A stretch of DNA of 64,000 nucleotides from the human T2T-CHM13v2.0 reference genome, Homo sapiens: the NCBI RefSeq assembly GCF_009914755.1, contig NC_060932.1; one strand, 5' to 3'. The notes beneath the pieces were generated by a model that saw only the letters and a list, made by a program, of their open reading frames with translations, did not search any database and was not told the origin of the DNA. Position numbers and translations under genes: made by a program. Of this stretch, positions 45,371 to 63,279 are shown one piece after another (the stretch's first letter is position 1; every line of letters begins with the position of its first letter).

Positions 45371-47177
45371 CAAAAAGAGCATCTTAATGCCACACTTAAT
45401 GACTCAGAGAAGTTTAATGGCCATGTAATACTAAATAATACAAATATTCAACATATGCAATATGCAAATAAACACTGAGAGACCACAAAACCCATTTGGC
45501 ACTCCCAACTGAGAAGTTTGAAGATGTACGTGGTGCTTTGTTTGTGATCCAGGCCTGATTCCCCACTATCTCAAGGCTCTCCTGAACCCCTCTTAACTTT
45601 ACCCGAGCAGAACCCCATGAAACAACTGCCTTTGCTGCTTTTGCTGGCTCCAATTGATCTCCCACTTGAGGCTCAAACTTGTTGATTCCTTAACAAGAAA
45701 ATCATGGTGACCCAGTTATGTGTTCTGTTTAGTGGATTTCATCTTTCTCTGTCTATTTTCAGGTGCTGACTATGTGCAGCTCCCCAGTCAGTTCTTCAAG
45801 GCCTGCAGATGCCCAGCCTCTAACCAACTCTGCTTCTTTCTACAGCGCATTCTGTATTCACACCCATTAGACTCCATGGGCTATGGAAGTCATTCCCCTG
45901 TGTGTGTGTGCTGAGTTCAATCTCAGCTCCTTGCCTGGGTACAGCCCTCACTACCAATGACCATGCAGATGTACTAGATTGTTTGCTGGCTTAAAAAAAA
46001 ATAGCAGCTTTCTTATCTGAGCATACAAAGGAGTTTTATCGTAAACATTCAAGCACCGTGTATAATCAAATTACCCATAAAAAGATAGGGAGGGTCTTTT
46101 CATTATTGCTGTGGTCCTGCTGTTAAATCGCTTTGAAATGAGGTGCAGTGAACGATGGGATTCCTTCGAGGATTCTGCCATAGCGGCCCCGGGATAGAGC
46201 ACGTTGGAAAATTGATCCAGTGTAAAGCAAGATTTGTTAGGAGATGGAGACTAGTGAAGCCAAGGACAGAAGATCACTGGCTGAATCACTTGTTTTCTTG
46301 TCATGACTCCAATTCAGTGGATTTCAATCCTGGCTGCAGATCAGAGTCACCTGGGCAGGTTTTGTTTTTCCCCAAAATACTGTGCCTGGGCTCACAGTCC
46401 CAGAAATTCAGTAGGACCCTCCCCACCCCCCATCCATGTGTACTTTTAGAAGAGGCATCATTCTGGTGCCTTTTACACCTGACACATGAAACACTAGTGA
46501 CCATAAACATGCTTTCATTTAGGCAACGTGTGAATACCCAGAGTATACAGGAAGGAGCGGGGAATGCGGCCTGGATGGCATGGGGTGGACTCTAGGAAGC
46601 AATGACACCTTTCAGAGACAACCCTCACTACTCGAGGGTTTCCTGGGTGTTTCTGAAGCTGCAACTGGGATCAGGCCTTAGTTCATGTGCCTCAAGTACA
46701 ATGTAGTCCTTCCCCCACCTCTCTCCCCATCTAAAAAATATCACCAAATCTACTCAGAGACACAAGTCCACCTGTAGGAGAAGAGGTGGAGGCACATATT
46801 CCCAATCCTGGGCTAACAAGGCCTAGGGGTCACTGTAGTGGGTCGGGAGCTGTGAATGTTGCAGGGAGGATTTAACCGGAATAACAAGGGGTGTTGTGTC
46901 CCTAGGGCTCTGTCCCTCTTTCCCCATCCAAAGTTCTGTCATGGAAATGATGAATGAAGGCATGGGACCTTTGCTGTCAAGCCGTCTTAGCTGGGGACAG
47001 TGACTCCCAGGGCCACCATCAGTGAGCATGCCTGGGACCCAGGGGAAGGGAAGCTGCTCTAGGACCTCGGCTCTGAGGACACACAGATCCTGCTCCCAGT
47101 GGTCCCAAGCCTCCAGTTGTGATCCCTATCTGTTGACAATCTGGACTCAGCCCCACTGTTACAAAGAACCATCCCCT

Positions 47178-47300
47178 GGGCAGGCACGGTGATTCATGCC
47201 TATAATCCCAGTGCTGTGGGAGGCCAAGGTGGATGGATCTTTTCAGGCCCGGAGTTCAAGACAAGCCTGGGCAACATAATGAGACCCTATCTTGAAAAAG
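47178..47300 (+). mobile_element. FLAM/Alu left monomer
   Basis: GGGCAGGCACGGTG...GGCAACATAATGAGACCCTATCT. Confidence 0.88.
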
Positions 47301-48434
47301 AGAGAGAGAGAGAAAGTGAAAGAGAACAAAGGAAGGAAGGGACGGAGGGAGGAAGAAAGACAGAAAGAAAGACAGATAGGAGGGAGGGAGAGAGGGAAGG
47401 AAGGAAGGAAGGAGGGAGGGAGGGAGGGAGAGAGGGAAGGAAGGAAGGAAGGAGGGAGGGAGGGAGGGAGAGAGGGAAGGAAGGAAGGAAGGAGGGAGGG
47501 AGGGAGGGAGAGAGGGAAGGAAGGAAGGAAGGAGGGAGGGAGGGAGAGAGGGAAGGAAGGAAGGAAGGAAGGAGGGAGGGAGGGAGGGAGGGAGAGAGGG
47601 AAGGAAGGAAGGAAGGAGGGAGGGAGGGAGGGAGTGAGGAAGGAGGGAAGGAAGGAAGGAAGGAGGGAGGGAGGGAGAGAGGGAAGGAAGGAAGGAAGGA
47701 GGGAGGGAGGGAGGGAGAGAGGGAGGGAGGGAGGGAGTGAGGAAGGAGGGAAGGAAGGAAGGAAGGAGGGAGGGAGGGAGAGAGGGAGGGAGTGAGGAAG
47801 GAGTGAGGAAGGAGGGAAGGAAGGAAGGAAGGAAGGAGGGAAGGAAGGAAGGAGGGAAGGAAGGAAGGAAGGAAGGAAGGAGGGAAGGAGGGAAGGAAGG
47901 AAGGAAGGAGGGAAGGAGGGAGGGAGGGAGAGAGGGAGGGAGTGAGGAAGGAGTGAGGAAGGAGGGAAGGAAGGAAGGAAGGAAGGAAGGAGGGAAGGAA
48001 GGAAGGAAGGAAGGAAGGAAGGAAGGAAGGAGGAAGGAGGGAAGGAAGGAAGGAGGGAAGGAAGGAAGGAAGGAGGAAGGAGGGAAGGAAGGAAGGAGGG
48101 AAGGAAGGAAGGAAGGAAGGAGGGAAGGAAGGAAGGAAGGAGGGAAGGAGGGAGGGAGGGAGAGAGGGAGGGAGTGAGGAAGGAGTGAGGAAGGAGGGAA
48201 GGAAGGAAGGAAGGAAGGAGGGAAGGAAGGAAGGAAGGAAGGAAGGAAGGAAGGAGGAGGAGGGAAGGAAGGAAGGAGGGAAGGAAGGAAGGAAGGAAGG
48301 AAGGAGGAAGGAGGGAAGGAAGGAAGGAGGGAAGGAAGGAAGGAAGGAAGGAGGGAAGGAAGGAAGGAAGGAAGGAAGGAAGGAAGGAAGGAAGGAAGGA
48401 AGGAAAGAAGGTTGGTTTAAAAAGAAAAAGAAAA
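47295..48434 (+). repeat. ~1.1 kb polypurine (GGAA/GGGA) compound repeat
   Basis: Almost purine-only, with higher-order units; ends in (GGAA)13 at 48354-48405. Confidence 0.97.
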
Positions 48435-48919
48435 CACAACCATCCTCTCCAACCAGCCCCACTGAAGTGGATCCTGCCCATCCAAACAGGATGAGGCAAA
48501 GTCCAGCAGACTTGAGCCGATAAGGTTCAAGGACAAGGCACAGGACGTAGAGTCATATTCCACAACATCCTCTCCAAAGCCTCTGGGCTAAAAGTTTTAC
48601 ATCTTGATATCATCCAACGATGTAAAACACCACTTCAACTTCCATGAAGGCCAAGTTGACTCTGTGAGCTGCTATTTCTGCAAATTTCTCAAGTGGTTTC
48701 CTCGGGCCCTTTAAGGGAGCCAACAGCTTCTGCATGAGACCAGTCATCTCTTCATTAACCAGTTTAGATTCCCTTAAAGCCACTCTTAGGTTTTCTTTTG
48801 GGTTGTGTGCTTGTAGATATCATCTAGAGGTTTGGGAAACTGGTTCTAAGTGGGACCATATAGTCCTCAGAGTTCGGTCCAGTCGAGAGAAGGGGCATAA
48901 GGGGAGGGAGTGAAGCCAT

Positions 48920-49060
48920 TTAGAGTTAGAGAGGCCTTAGAGAGTACTTGGCCCAGTCTTTCATTTCAGAACAGAGGAAACAGAGACTTAAAGAGGTTAA
49001 GTGTTTGTTCAGAATCACTTCAAATGTTGATAGCAAAAACAGGGCGAGGACTTCAGGAGC
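48920..49060 (-). mobile_element. MIR
   Basis: CAGAGGAAACAGAGACTTAAAGAGGTTAAGTG. Confidence 0.7.
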
Positions 49061-49699
49061 CTAACTGTCCACCCCAAGTTCCTTCTGGTTAATGCGGCAC
49101 ATGTGGTTTCCAAGGAAATCAGTCAACTCTTCAGCAGGAGGAGGCGAGGCTGCAGAGCAGAGGTTACTTACGGTGGTGCAGGCAGACACACCATCGTGGC
49201 CACAGGAAACGAGTGCTTCAAATGGGGCTGCTACAGGAACAAATAGCAAGGACACTGGCGTCAGAGGTGGCGTAGGACAGCATGTCACAAAGTGACAAAT
49301 GGATGGCCCACGCAGCCCGCGTTTTGGGAGCTGAGAAGAAGCAATCACTGGGCTTAGGTGGATGGAAGTTATCAGGTAAGTTTCGTCCTCCAGTTTGCAG
49401 GCATGAATGTGTCATGCTCACTTAGAGGTTTACGCTGCATTTTTACGTGATACTACCCAGGCAGCAGAATGGAATTTAATAAAAAATGAGAATCGTAGTT
49501 GAAAAGGCTTCAGAGTATTTTGCATTTACAATTGCATTTCAGAAGTCTGATTTTTCTAACCTGATTGACACAAAAGCATATTGAGTTCTGTGAGTTCTAT
49601 TTACAGATTTGCATTAATGATGATTAATAATGTCTGCTATTTAAGTCAGATTTTGTGTAAGGAGTATGCAAAGAATGAGCTGTTGAGGCAGCAACCTGA

Positions 49700-50716
<1,017 letters not shown>

Positions 50717-52259
50717 TGAGCCTACTTCTAAAAAGCCTCCCAGACATATCCCTTCCTCTCCAGTCTTGCTGGCCACTGACCTCTCCCAAATTCTCATATG
50801 CACTTAACATTCATTTTACAGCAACAACCTCCTAACTGGTCTTTTTGCCTCCAGAAAAAAAAAAAAAAAACATATTCAGCAACTAAAACAATTAAATTCC
50901 TAAAGGCCAATAGATTATATATTCTACACTGCATAGGTGTAAATTCTGTGCCATATATTCAAGGCCAGAGCAGAGTTTGAGGTTATAGCCTGGCAGAAAT
51001 TTCAGAAATGGGTATTCCCCCAAGGAAGGTTTAAATTCTGCGTTTGAAGTCCAGTAATTTTACCTGGCCTTCTTTTTATTCAGATGACCAACCAGCACTG
51101 GAGATTTACTAGCCCGTGTGCAAATTTTTGTCAATCCCACTTGTCAATCCCACTTGTCATTAGAAATCCCACATGCTACAGAGAGAATGCGATTTGCAGA
51201 TAACTCGAAAACATAAGAAACCCAAACACAAATCACTTAATCGGAGAAAACATTACTCTCTTAAATTTAAACAGTTTTTTTTAAAAGCCAGATGTACTTA
51301 TTGTCATTTCCAGAATTACTCTTATAAGTATCTGGTTATCATAACCACAGAAAGACAGTTTATTAGTTTTAACTGCTGGATAAAAGCATGTAGCATTTTC
51401 AAGATTTCTGGTTTCACCCTTTTAACCCAAAGAGTAACTATAAATAGATGGCAAAGTCTGGGATTTCCACAGCTAAGTGCTGCTATAAATAGTTTTAAAC
51501 ATTTTCCCACTTCATGCTTTCAAAAAGAACATTCTCCACTTCCTTTCTTGGATAACCTCTGGGAATAAAGTGAATCACATTCAGAATTTTATTAAGGGAG
51601 TTTAACAAAACTATTTTAATGAACCTTTTAGCAACTCTAAACATATCTCAGACGCTGAAAAAACTGAGAATAAAATGATTTAACAAATGTGTTAATTTAA
51701 ATAGATATTTAAATTGAAATAGATATTTTTGACAAATGCATTTAGAAATACATTTCTAACCACCGAAGTGGTGACTAAACGAAAGAAACATATTTCTTTC
51801 AACATTCCTTCCATGATAACATCTAGAAAAAGGGGTGTGAATTCATGCCTGTTGTCAGGTATCCAGGCTGACTTCTTTCTCAGGGAATATTCATAAGACA
51901 GAGACACAAAGAGATACAAAGATCCTCAGTTCTTTGTGAAATCCCTGCCATGGATCGCTTTCCCAAGGGACATGCCTGTGGCCGTCAAAGCAAAGCGAGC
52001 ACTGTGCAGGACCGTCCCATCTCTCCACAGCAGAAAGATTCCTAATGCCTGCCTTCTAGCAACCTCTGCTGGTAGTTATTTCTGACTGGGAAGAAAGTAG
52101 AATTAGCCAGTCTTCCCCATGGCAGGAAAATTAAGCAAAGAAAAAACAGCCACGAAAACAGGTCATATCAGTGAAACACATGTTTCTGTTTTATATTTTA
52201 ATGAAAAGGGACAATGGAAGGATTATAAATGATTTTTAAAATATTCGTGTTTTCTAAAA

Positions 52260-53345
52260 AAAAATAGCTATTTTTGAGCAGTTTTAGGTTTAAATATTGC
52301 ACAAAAGGTATAGAGCGTTCTCATATATCCTGTCACCCTCAATTTTCCCTATTTTTAATATCTTGCAATAGTGTAGTACATTTGTTACAATTGATGAGCT
52401 AATATTATTATTATTAATGAAACTCCACAGTTTACATTAGGGCTCACTCTTATGTTGTACATCCTATGGGTTTTGACAAATGTATAATGATAGGTATCCG
52501 CCATTATAATATCAACAGGAATGATAGTTTCACTGCCCTAGAAATTCCCTGTGCTCCATCCATGCACCATCTTCACCACAACCCCTGGCAACCACTGATC
52601 CTTTTACTGTCTCCATAGTATTCCAGAATGTCACATATCTGGAATTCTACAGTAGCAGCCTTTTTAGATTGTCTTCCTTTATTCAGTAAAATGCATTTAA
52701 GTGTTTATCCATGTCTATACATAGCTTGATAGCTCATTGATTTTTAGCACTGAATAATGCCCATTGTCTGGATGCACCGGAGTTTCTTTACCTGTCACCT
52801 CTACTCAAGGATATCTTGGTTGTTTCCAAGTTTTGGCAATTATGAATAAGGCTACTATAAAGATCTGTGTGCAGGTTTTTAGGTTGACATGAGTTTTCAG
52901 CCCTTTGGGGTAAATGCCAAGGAGTATTATTTCTGGATCGTATGGTGAGAGTAGGTTTAGTTTTGTAAGAAACTGCCAAGCTGTCTTCCAAAGCGTCTGT
53001 GCCATTTTGCATTCCCACCAGCAATGACTGACAGTTCCTGTTGCTCCACATCCTCGCCAGCCTTTGGTGTTGTCAGTGTTCTGGTGTTAATTGCTTTAGT
53101 TTTTCAATATGTTTTTGTCTCCTAGGTATGTAGTGGTATCTCACGGCTGTTTTACTTTGCATTTCTCTCATGATATATGTTGTTGAGCATCTTTTCATGT
53201 GTTTATTGCCATCTGTATATTTTCTTTGGTGAGGTGTTAAGATCTTTTGTCCTTTCCTTAATGGTTTGCCTTCCTATTATTGAGTTTTAAGTGTTTTGTA
53301 TATATTTTGGGTATAAGTTTTTATCTTATATATACTTTGCAAACA
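52260..53345 (-). mobile_element. L1MB/MC 3' end
   Basis: CCCCTGGCAACCACTGATC; minus-strand peptide YDPEIILLGIYPK (ORF2 C-terminus). Confidence 0.85.
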
Positions 53346-53559
53346 TAGACTTTTTTCCCCTAAATCCTGAATATAGTGGATATCCTAAAAAACAATCCTT
53401 CTTCTTTGTTTCCTTCATTCATTTAGTCATTCAGTCGGCATTTGTTATGTAACCTACTACAAATACTAGGTGCCAAGAGTACAGGATAAAAGGATGGTCC
53501 TGACACTTAAGGAGCTCATCCTACAGTACGGAATGTTAAGAAAGTATAGATATGCTGCA

Positions 53560-53875
53560 AGAAGTATCACATAAACCTTGAGGACACTATGCTAAGTGAA
53601 GTAAGCCAGTCACAAAAAGACAAATACTGTATGATTCCACTCATGTAAGGAGCCTAGAGTAGTCAAATTCATAGACAGAAAGTAGAGCGGGGGTTATTAG
53701 GGGCTGTGGAGAGGTGGGAGTCAGGGGTTGTTGTTTAGTGGGTGCAGGGTATCAGTTTTGCAAGATGAAGGAGGTTGATGGTACAACAACATCAATGTGC
53801 TTAGTGCTACTGAACCGTATACTTAAAATTGGTTATGATAGTAAATTTTAATTTATATGTATTTTGCCACAAAAA
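53560..53875 (+). mobile_element. L1MB 3' UTR
   Basis: GCTAAGTGAAGTAAGCCAGTCACAAAAAGACAAATACTGTATGATTCCAC. Confidence 0.85.
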
Positions 53876-54047
53876 TACATTAATTTAAAAACTAACTGTT
53901 ATGCAGAAGTGTGGATAAATGGCACAGGAAAACAGGTACAGGAGAGATTAAACTTCTACAAGATGTATATAATCACATAGATCACTATACTAAATACGGC
54001 AAGAGCTTCAGGCCAATTTGTCTTTTATTCTTTAAAAGGTTTTCTGG

Positions 54048-54593
<546 letters not shown>

Positions 54594-54927
54594 CTAATTA
54601 AAAACAAAATCCCAACCTTGAAAGAGCCACAGATCTTATCGTGATCTTACTACCGTTATACCAACATTCATGTCATTAAAAGCAATTATCTGGAGCAATT
54701 ATCCAACTATATACATATATATGGGCAAGAACTAGAAGAAACCAGAGAATTAAGAAAATAGTTTGACACTGATATATTCATCTAATATTATACTTAGTGT
54801 CTTCTGTGTGCCAAGCACAGTCCTGGGTGTCAGGGACACAGCAGTGAACAAAACAGATAAAACTCCTTGCCCTCATGTGGTTTATATGCTAATGTGGAAG
54901 ACAGAAGATAAACTACATAGATAAGGG

Positions 54928-55406
54928 TGGTAGGTTGTCTTCAAAGATGACTGCCAACAATTCCTCTAATTGCTGCACACACTTGCCACTCTCCCCATCA
55001 AGAGGTGGAATCTATTTCCCTTTCATTTGTATCTGGTTGGCCCTGAGACTTGCTCCAACCTATAGGATATGATGCAGTGCACACATGCCTTTTACAGGAC
55101 CAGCTCCTGAGAGACCTCACAGCTTCCACACTCCCTCACTTGAAGCCTAGAGTCATCAGGTAAGAAGTTTGGCTGTCCTGCTGGAGGGAAGAGACTCAGC
55201 CAGCCCCCAGCTGAAGTGCAGATGTCTGTGTGAAGCCAGGTGGGTGTCCCAGTCCCAGCTGAGCTTCCAGATGAAGGCAACAGCGTTGTGACTCCCACTG
55301 GCACCATGTCCAGCAGAACGACCATCCAGCTGAGCCCAGTCAAATCACAGAATCTTGAGAAACCATAAGTTGTTGTTTTAAGCCCCTAATGCAGCTAACT
55401 GAAATA
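54928..55406 (+). mobile_element. MLT1F-like MaLR LTR
   Basis: CCCATCAAGAGGTGGAATCTATTTCCC, CCAGCTGAGCCCAG...GTTGTTGTTTTAAGCC. Confidence 0.75.
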
Positions 55407-55827
55407 ATAGGCTAAATGTAGTGTAGGTTCATTACTGATAACCCAGGGCAGTGCTAGAGCCTGTGAGTATTGCCTCACAAGAGGCAATAAATTTTCAGGA
55501 GTTCTGTGAGCCATTATTAAGAATTACATTATATAAGCTTATAATTACAAACATTTAAACAAATAATATTCAAATATGTGTAACTATTTTACTACTATCT
55601 CTTCTTGAGGTTATTTGCATGCACTGGGTCTGCACAGTGGAAATACCATGTCACGGTACGCTACTGTGCATCTCTTCCCACCTCCATGTTCAGCCATGGT
55701 ATGAGTATTTACACCAGGGAAACTAGCAAGCTCTATAAACCAGAGCTTGATTGTTTTCTTGTTTCTCTGGACTTAAGAAAATGATAGAGAAAAATGTTAC
55801 CGTGGATTAAACTTAAAAGTGTATTAT

Positions 55828-56148
<321 letters not shown>

Positions 56149-56492
56149 TTATGAATAGCACAAAAATTTGAGGAAATATTCTTCCAGAAAAGCATCAATC
56201 AATTCAGGAAACAAATGGGTGAGGTTTTAATATACATCTTTGTAGCCATTTTACTTTGGTCTTCCTCATAAACATAAATAAATGCAGCAATCAACATTCA
56301 TGCTGGAACTGTATTCACTTGACAATTGAAACCAGAGGTTGGCTACAAGATTACTGCAAAAATTAACAAAAATGCTCTATGAGAATTAATTATTTGGAAC
56401 TTATAAGACATACAGTAGGGAGTAGTGGGTTTTTTTAATTTATAAATTGATGCCTTTTCTATCAGTAAAATTTATAATAAGCTTATTCCCCA

Positions 56493-56541
56493 GATATATA
56501 TGTGTATATATATGTGTATATATATGTATATATATGTGTGT
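56493..56541. repeat. (TA/TG)n microsatellite
   Basis: Read directly. Confidence 0.9.
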
Positions 56542-57424
56542 ATGTATGTATATATATATATGAATGTCTTCCCCTGCCCTGCTCCACTCCCCCCACCCCT
56601 GCTCCAAAGAACCAGTCGTTAAACAGTTACCAGCATTCTTCCGGTTATTTCTCACTGCAGTACAACCTAGCCTCTTTAGCCTATCTTCACTGATACATTA
56701 GTAAATCAAATAGAGTGACTTCACCTAGTTGGTTTCTACTTCATCTCTTCTCAAACCACATTTTTGTTATGTTTAATGTGTTTTATGTTCAGCATATTAC
56801 ATCCTTCTCTTTAGAAGCCTGGTGGAAGTATTTCTTTAGTGGCAGGTGACGTGGTGTTCTGGATTTCAAAGCATTTCCAGTGATGCTGTGCCATGCTACA
56901 CTCTAAACAGCCACTTCTCACTCCCCTTCCTAGCGCCTCGGGGCCAAGCATTTGCTCCCTGACTCCTGAGAGCTGAGGGAGCCTCTTTTTCTATAAAAAC
57001 AGTCTTATTCGCCACATTCAGGGCACTAGGGTCTGGACAGTCATTCCCAACATGGTCAGTCTCTATGACTCTATCAATTAACATATCTCTGGACCCTATG
57101 ATGGGTTTTTGACAGTCTAAGAGATTACTCACATGTATTAGATCAGCAGACATTCAAATAAGCATAAAAGAATAAAAATAAGTGAATTAAGATATAAATG
57201 GGGGTGTAAGCCATTACATCTGTTTTACACATGAACCTGCAAATCGGGCAGGGCTCTGGGGGCTGGCTCCTTGGGTTGACCTGCAGGGCTGGTGGTGGGA
57301 TCATTTACAGGCTCGCCCCCTCACATGTCTGGTGCCTGGGATAGGAAGACTCAAGCATACAGAGTTGAAGGGAAGAATTAAACCATTTCTAACTTTAATT
57401 TTGTTTACTTTCCCACACTGCACT

Positions 57425-58760
<1,336 letters not shown>

Positions 58761-58769
58761 AACGTATTT

Positions 58770-60600
58770 TGTCTTCATTTCTGAAGGACATTGTTGATGC
58801 ACATAGAATTCTGGGATGACAGAGTATTGTTGGAGGAATGGGGTTTGGCTGCTTGTTTTTTTCTTTCAGCACTTAGAAGATGTTCCACTCTCTTCTGGTC
58901 TCCACGGTTCCAGTGAGAAATCTTCAAATTTTTCTTCCCCTATATACAATCTGTTGTTTTCATCTACCTGCTCCCCATCCCTCTTCTTCTTTTCCTCTTG
59001 CAGTTATTGTGTCTTGGCACAATATTTTTCATGTGTATCCTGATTAGGGTTCATGGAAGTTTGTTTTTCCCTGAATTTGGTAAGTTTTAAGCATGCCATT
59101 ATGTTTCAAATAATTTTTCCACACCTATTTCTCTTCTCCTCTGGGACTCCAAGGATATAAAGGTGAAACGTTTTGATATTATCCCACAGGTCCCTGAGGC
59201 TCTGCTCATTTTGTTTTAAATCTTTGTTCTTTCTCTACTTCAGACTGGATAATTTCTATTGATCATTTTCCACTGTTTCTCTGACACCTCCATTCTACTA
59301 TTAAGCCCATCCAGTGAATCATCTTCTTGCACTATGTTGTATTTTTCAGTCCTAAAATATTCATTTTGTTCTTTTTTATAGTTTTGATTTTCCTACTGAA
59401 AACTCATTTCCATTTTTTCATTTATTTCAAGTATAGTTATAATAGCTCTTTAAACTTTGTGTGCTAATTTCAATATCTGGGTCATCTCATGGTTGCCATT
59501 TGTTGATTGTCTTTTCCCTTGGGAAATGGGAATAGTTTTCTGGTTATTTGTATATCAAATAATTCTGCATTCTATCTTGGACATATTAATATGTTGAGCA
59601 GCTCTGGGCTTTGTGTGATCATGCTGATTTTTTGTGGTTTGTTTTGCAGCCTGTTTTGGTTCAGACGGCAAGTTCCTTTTTGCTTTCTGTGGGCGGTGTT
59701 TTCTATCTCAGTTCTCCAGGCTTTTCTTATGCTTCTCTGGGTCTGTTCTGTGCACTCACAGCTCTGGATGAGCTCGAGAGTTGGCTAGATTCATACACAT
59801 AATTAGGGGGTGCCCTTCTCCAATGCACTTCTCTCTGAGATGTCCCCCACATGGTCTGACTCCCAGAAGCCCCTTTTCCTGGTTCCTCTGATCATAATGA
59901 TAGTTTTATCTTGGGGTTTCAGCTGCCCCCATCATCACCACAGTAGTATAGCTGTGCAAGGTGAGCTGCCCTTGTGGCTGGACCAAAATAGAAAAAAAGG
60001 AAGAAAAGAAACGTAAATAGGGACTTCCCATCCCCTGCACTCTTGACTTGTTTTTCTGTGGTCAGAAAGGAAGGGTTTCTTTCTCTTTTTTTTTGAGACA
60101 GAGTCTTGCTCTGTCACCCACGCTGGAGGGTAGTGGCATGATCTTGGCTCACTGCAACCTCTACCTCTGAGATTCAAGCAATTCTCATGCCTCAGCCACC
60201 TGAGTAGCTAGGACGACAGGCACACGCCACCACACCAGGCTAATTTTTGTATATTTTGTAGAGACAGAGTTTTGCACGGCTGTTCTCAAACTCCTTGTCT
60301 GAAGCAATTCTCCTGCCTTGGCCTCCCAAAGTGCTGGGATTACAGGTGAGAGCCACCACACCTGGCTGAAAGGAAGGGGTTCTCTTAAGAGTTTTTGCTC
60401 TCTGTGTCCACTGTGAAGCTCTATAGTTCATGCTGCAGGCCACCCTTGTGTGGAAGGCAAAAGATGAAGAAAGAAAAAAAACTTGGAAACTCACTGGTAT
60501 TGGTCATTTTTCAAGTTTTTATTTCTCTCCCCTGCTGTTGTTTACTTTTCAGAGTCTTCAGGTAGATGCTTTTTGTTCTCAAAATTAGTTGTAATCAGTG
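58770..60600 (-). mobile_element. Old L1M ORF1/5' region
   Basis: CCCACAGGTCCCTGAGGCTCTGCTCATT, AAGCCCATCCAGTGAA. Confidence 0.65.
60081..60368 (-). mobile_element. AluS/J
   Basis: Antisense dimer, TSD GAAAGGAAGGGKTTCT. Confidence 0.92.
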
Positions 60601-60780
60601 GAAGAGTTAGCGACTAAAATATTCTCATTGAATTTAGAAAAGAGTTCTGGTCAATCTCACTCACTGGGCTGTTAGCTCCAAGAAGGCATGGACCATGTCT
60701 GTGATACATGGTAAGGTCAAAATAATTGTTAAGTTAATTAATATTGGGCAAAGAAAAATGAACAACAAAATATTGAAGTA

Positions 60781-61592
60781 AATTTTTGAAAACTTTAATT
60801 TAGGTTCAGTGGCACATGTGCAGATTTGTTATATAGGTAAACTCATAACACAGGGGTTCGTTGTACAGACTATTTCATCACCCAGGTACTAAGCCTACTA
60901 CCCAATAGTTATTTTTCCTGATCCTTTCCCTCCTCCCACTCTTTACCCTCAAGTACGCCTCTGTGTGTGTTGTTCCCCCTTTGTGTCCATGTGTTCTCAT
61001 CATTTAGTTCCCAGTTATAAGTGAGCACATGTGGTATTTGGTTTTCTGTTCCCGTGTTAGTTTGCTAAGGATAATCACTTCCAGCTCCATCCGTGTTCCT
61101 GTAAAGGACGTGATCGTTCTTTCTATGGCTTCATAGCATTCCACGGTGTATATGTACCACATTTTCTTCATTCAATCTGCCACTGATAAGCATTTAGGTT
61201 GAGTCCATGTCCTTGCTATTGTGAATAGTGCTGCAATGAACAGTTGCCTGCATGTGTCCTTATGGTAGAATGATTTAGACTTCTCTGGGTATACACTTAG
61301 TAATGGGATTGCTGGGTCGAATGGTAGTTCTGTTTTTAGCTCTTAGAGGAATTGCTACACTGTTTTCCGCAATGGTTGAACTAATTTACATTCCGACAGT
61401 GAATAGGCATTCCTTTTCCCCCACAACCTCGCCGGTGTCTGTTATTTCTTGACTTTTAATAATAACCATTCTGACTGGCATGAGATGGTATCTCATTGTG
61501 GTTTTGATTTCTCTAATGATCAGTGATACTAACTTTTTTCATATGCTTGTTTGGCGGTATATATGTCTTCTTTTGAAAAGTATCTTTTCATC
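60781..61592 (-). mobile_element. L1PA15/16-like 3' end
   Basis: ACATGTGCAGATTTGTTATATAGGTAAACT...TATTTCATCACCCAGGTACTAAGC. Confidence 0.88.
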
Positions 61593-62092
61593 TCTTTTGT
61601 ATTAATTTTTAAAAACACTTTATGTAAACAGAATATATGTAGTGTGTCTAAGTGTGAGATAATGTTGTAGGAGTGATATATCTTTTGCTTAAGACTTGCA
61701 ATTAATGGCAAAATTTCTGTAGGCACACCATGGTTTAGAAAGATTTAAATGGGAGGAATTTTTTTACCGTTGTAATATTAAATAATAAAGCTCTTGGCAG
61801 AAAAAGATAAATCTGAAAGTAATATACTATTGAGGAAACAATAGAAATTGGCATGGAGTTACAAAAGAGAAAGAAAATCATTTAAAAATCCAAGTTTCAA
61901 GTTTTGATAACAAAAGTAACAATAATGTGCCGTAGAGAAAATAAAGGAAGCAAGGAACCTTATTATCCCCTCTTAACAATATGTGACACAAGCCTTGACA
62001 GCCGAAGTCAATGGAAGCTGTACCTTTGAACTCTTCTTTGAGGTATCAGTGCCTGTCCAAAGGAGACAAAGCCATCAGAAAGACATGGAGAA

Positions 62093-62614
<522 letters not shown>

Positions 62615-62692
62615 TTACAGAAATGAAAGGAATCAGGGCAGGGGACATTTCCAAAATATATATCTTTCAACAGAAAAGAATAATTTGTTTAA

Positions 62693-63044
<352 letters not shown>

Positions 63045-63279
63045 GGTTAAATCTTAAGGGTCTCATTGTTTCAGAATTTTTGAAATGATTTATAAGAAAA
63101 AAAATTTTGAAAAATAAAGTGATTTTCAACACATTTTAAATAAAGCATATAGATCCCTGAACACTAAATATGACCACACTGTTAAGTATTAAAAGTAGTG
63201 TTGAAAAATAATATTAGACTATAAAACTAAAAGCTAGGAGTGAAGGAAAAAATGGAAGACAATTTAATGTTTTTAAAAG

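Noticed and set aside
45740-45940. Isolated strong + strand splice acceptor (similar ones at ~25002 and ~62620)
   Set aside because: No convincing matching donor or polyA signal; such sites occur by chance in 64 kb.
47189-48523. Long ORFs (418, 391, 183 aa and others) of PSFL/EGRK repeats
   Set aside because: Translations of a stop-free simple repeat; no coding evidence.
51129-51172. 13-bp tandem duplication TGTCAATCCCACT
   Set aside because: Ordinary slippage microduplication.
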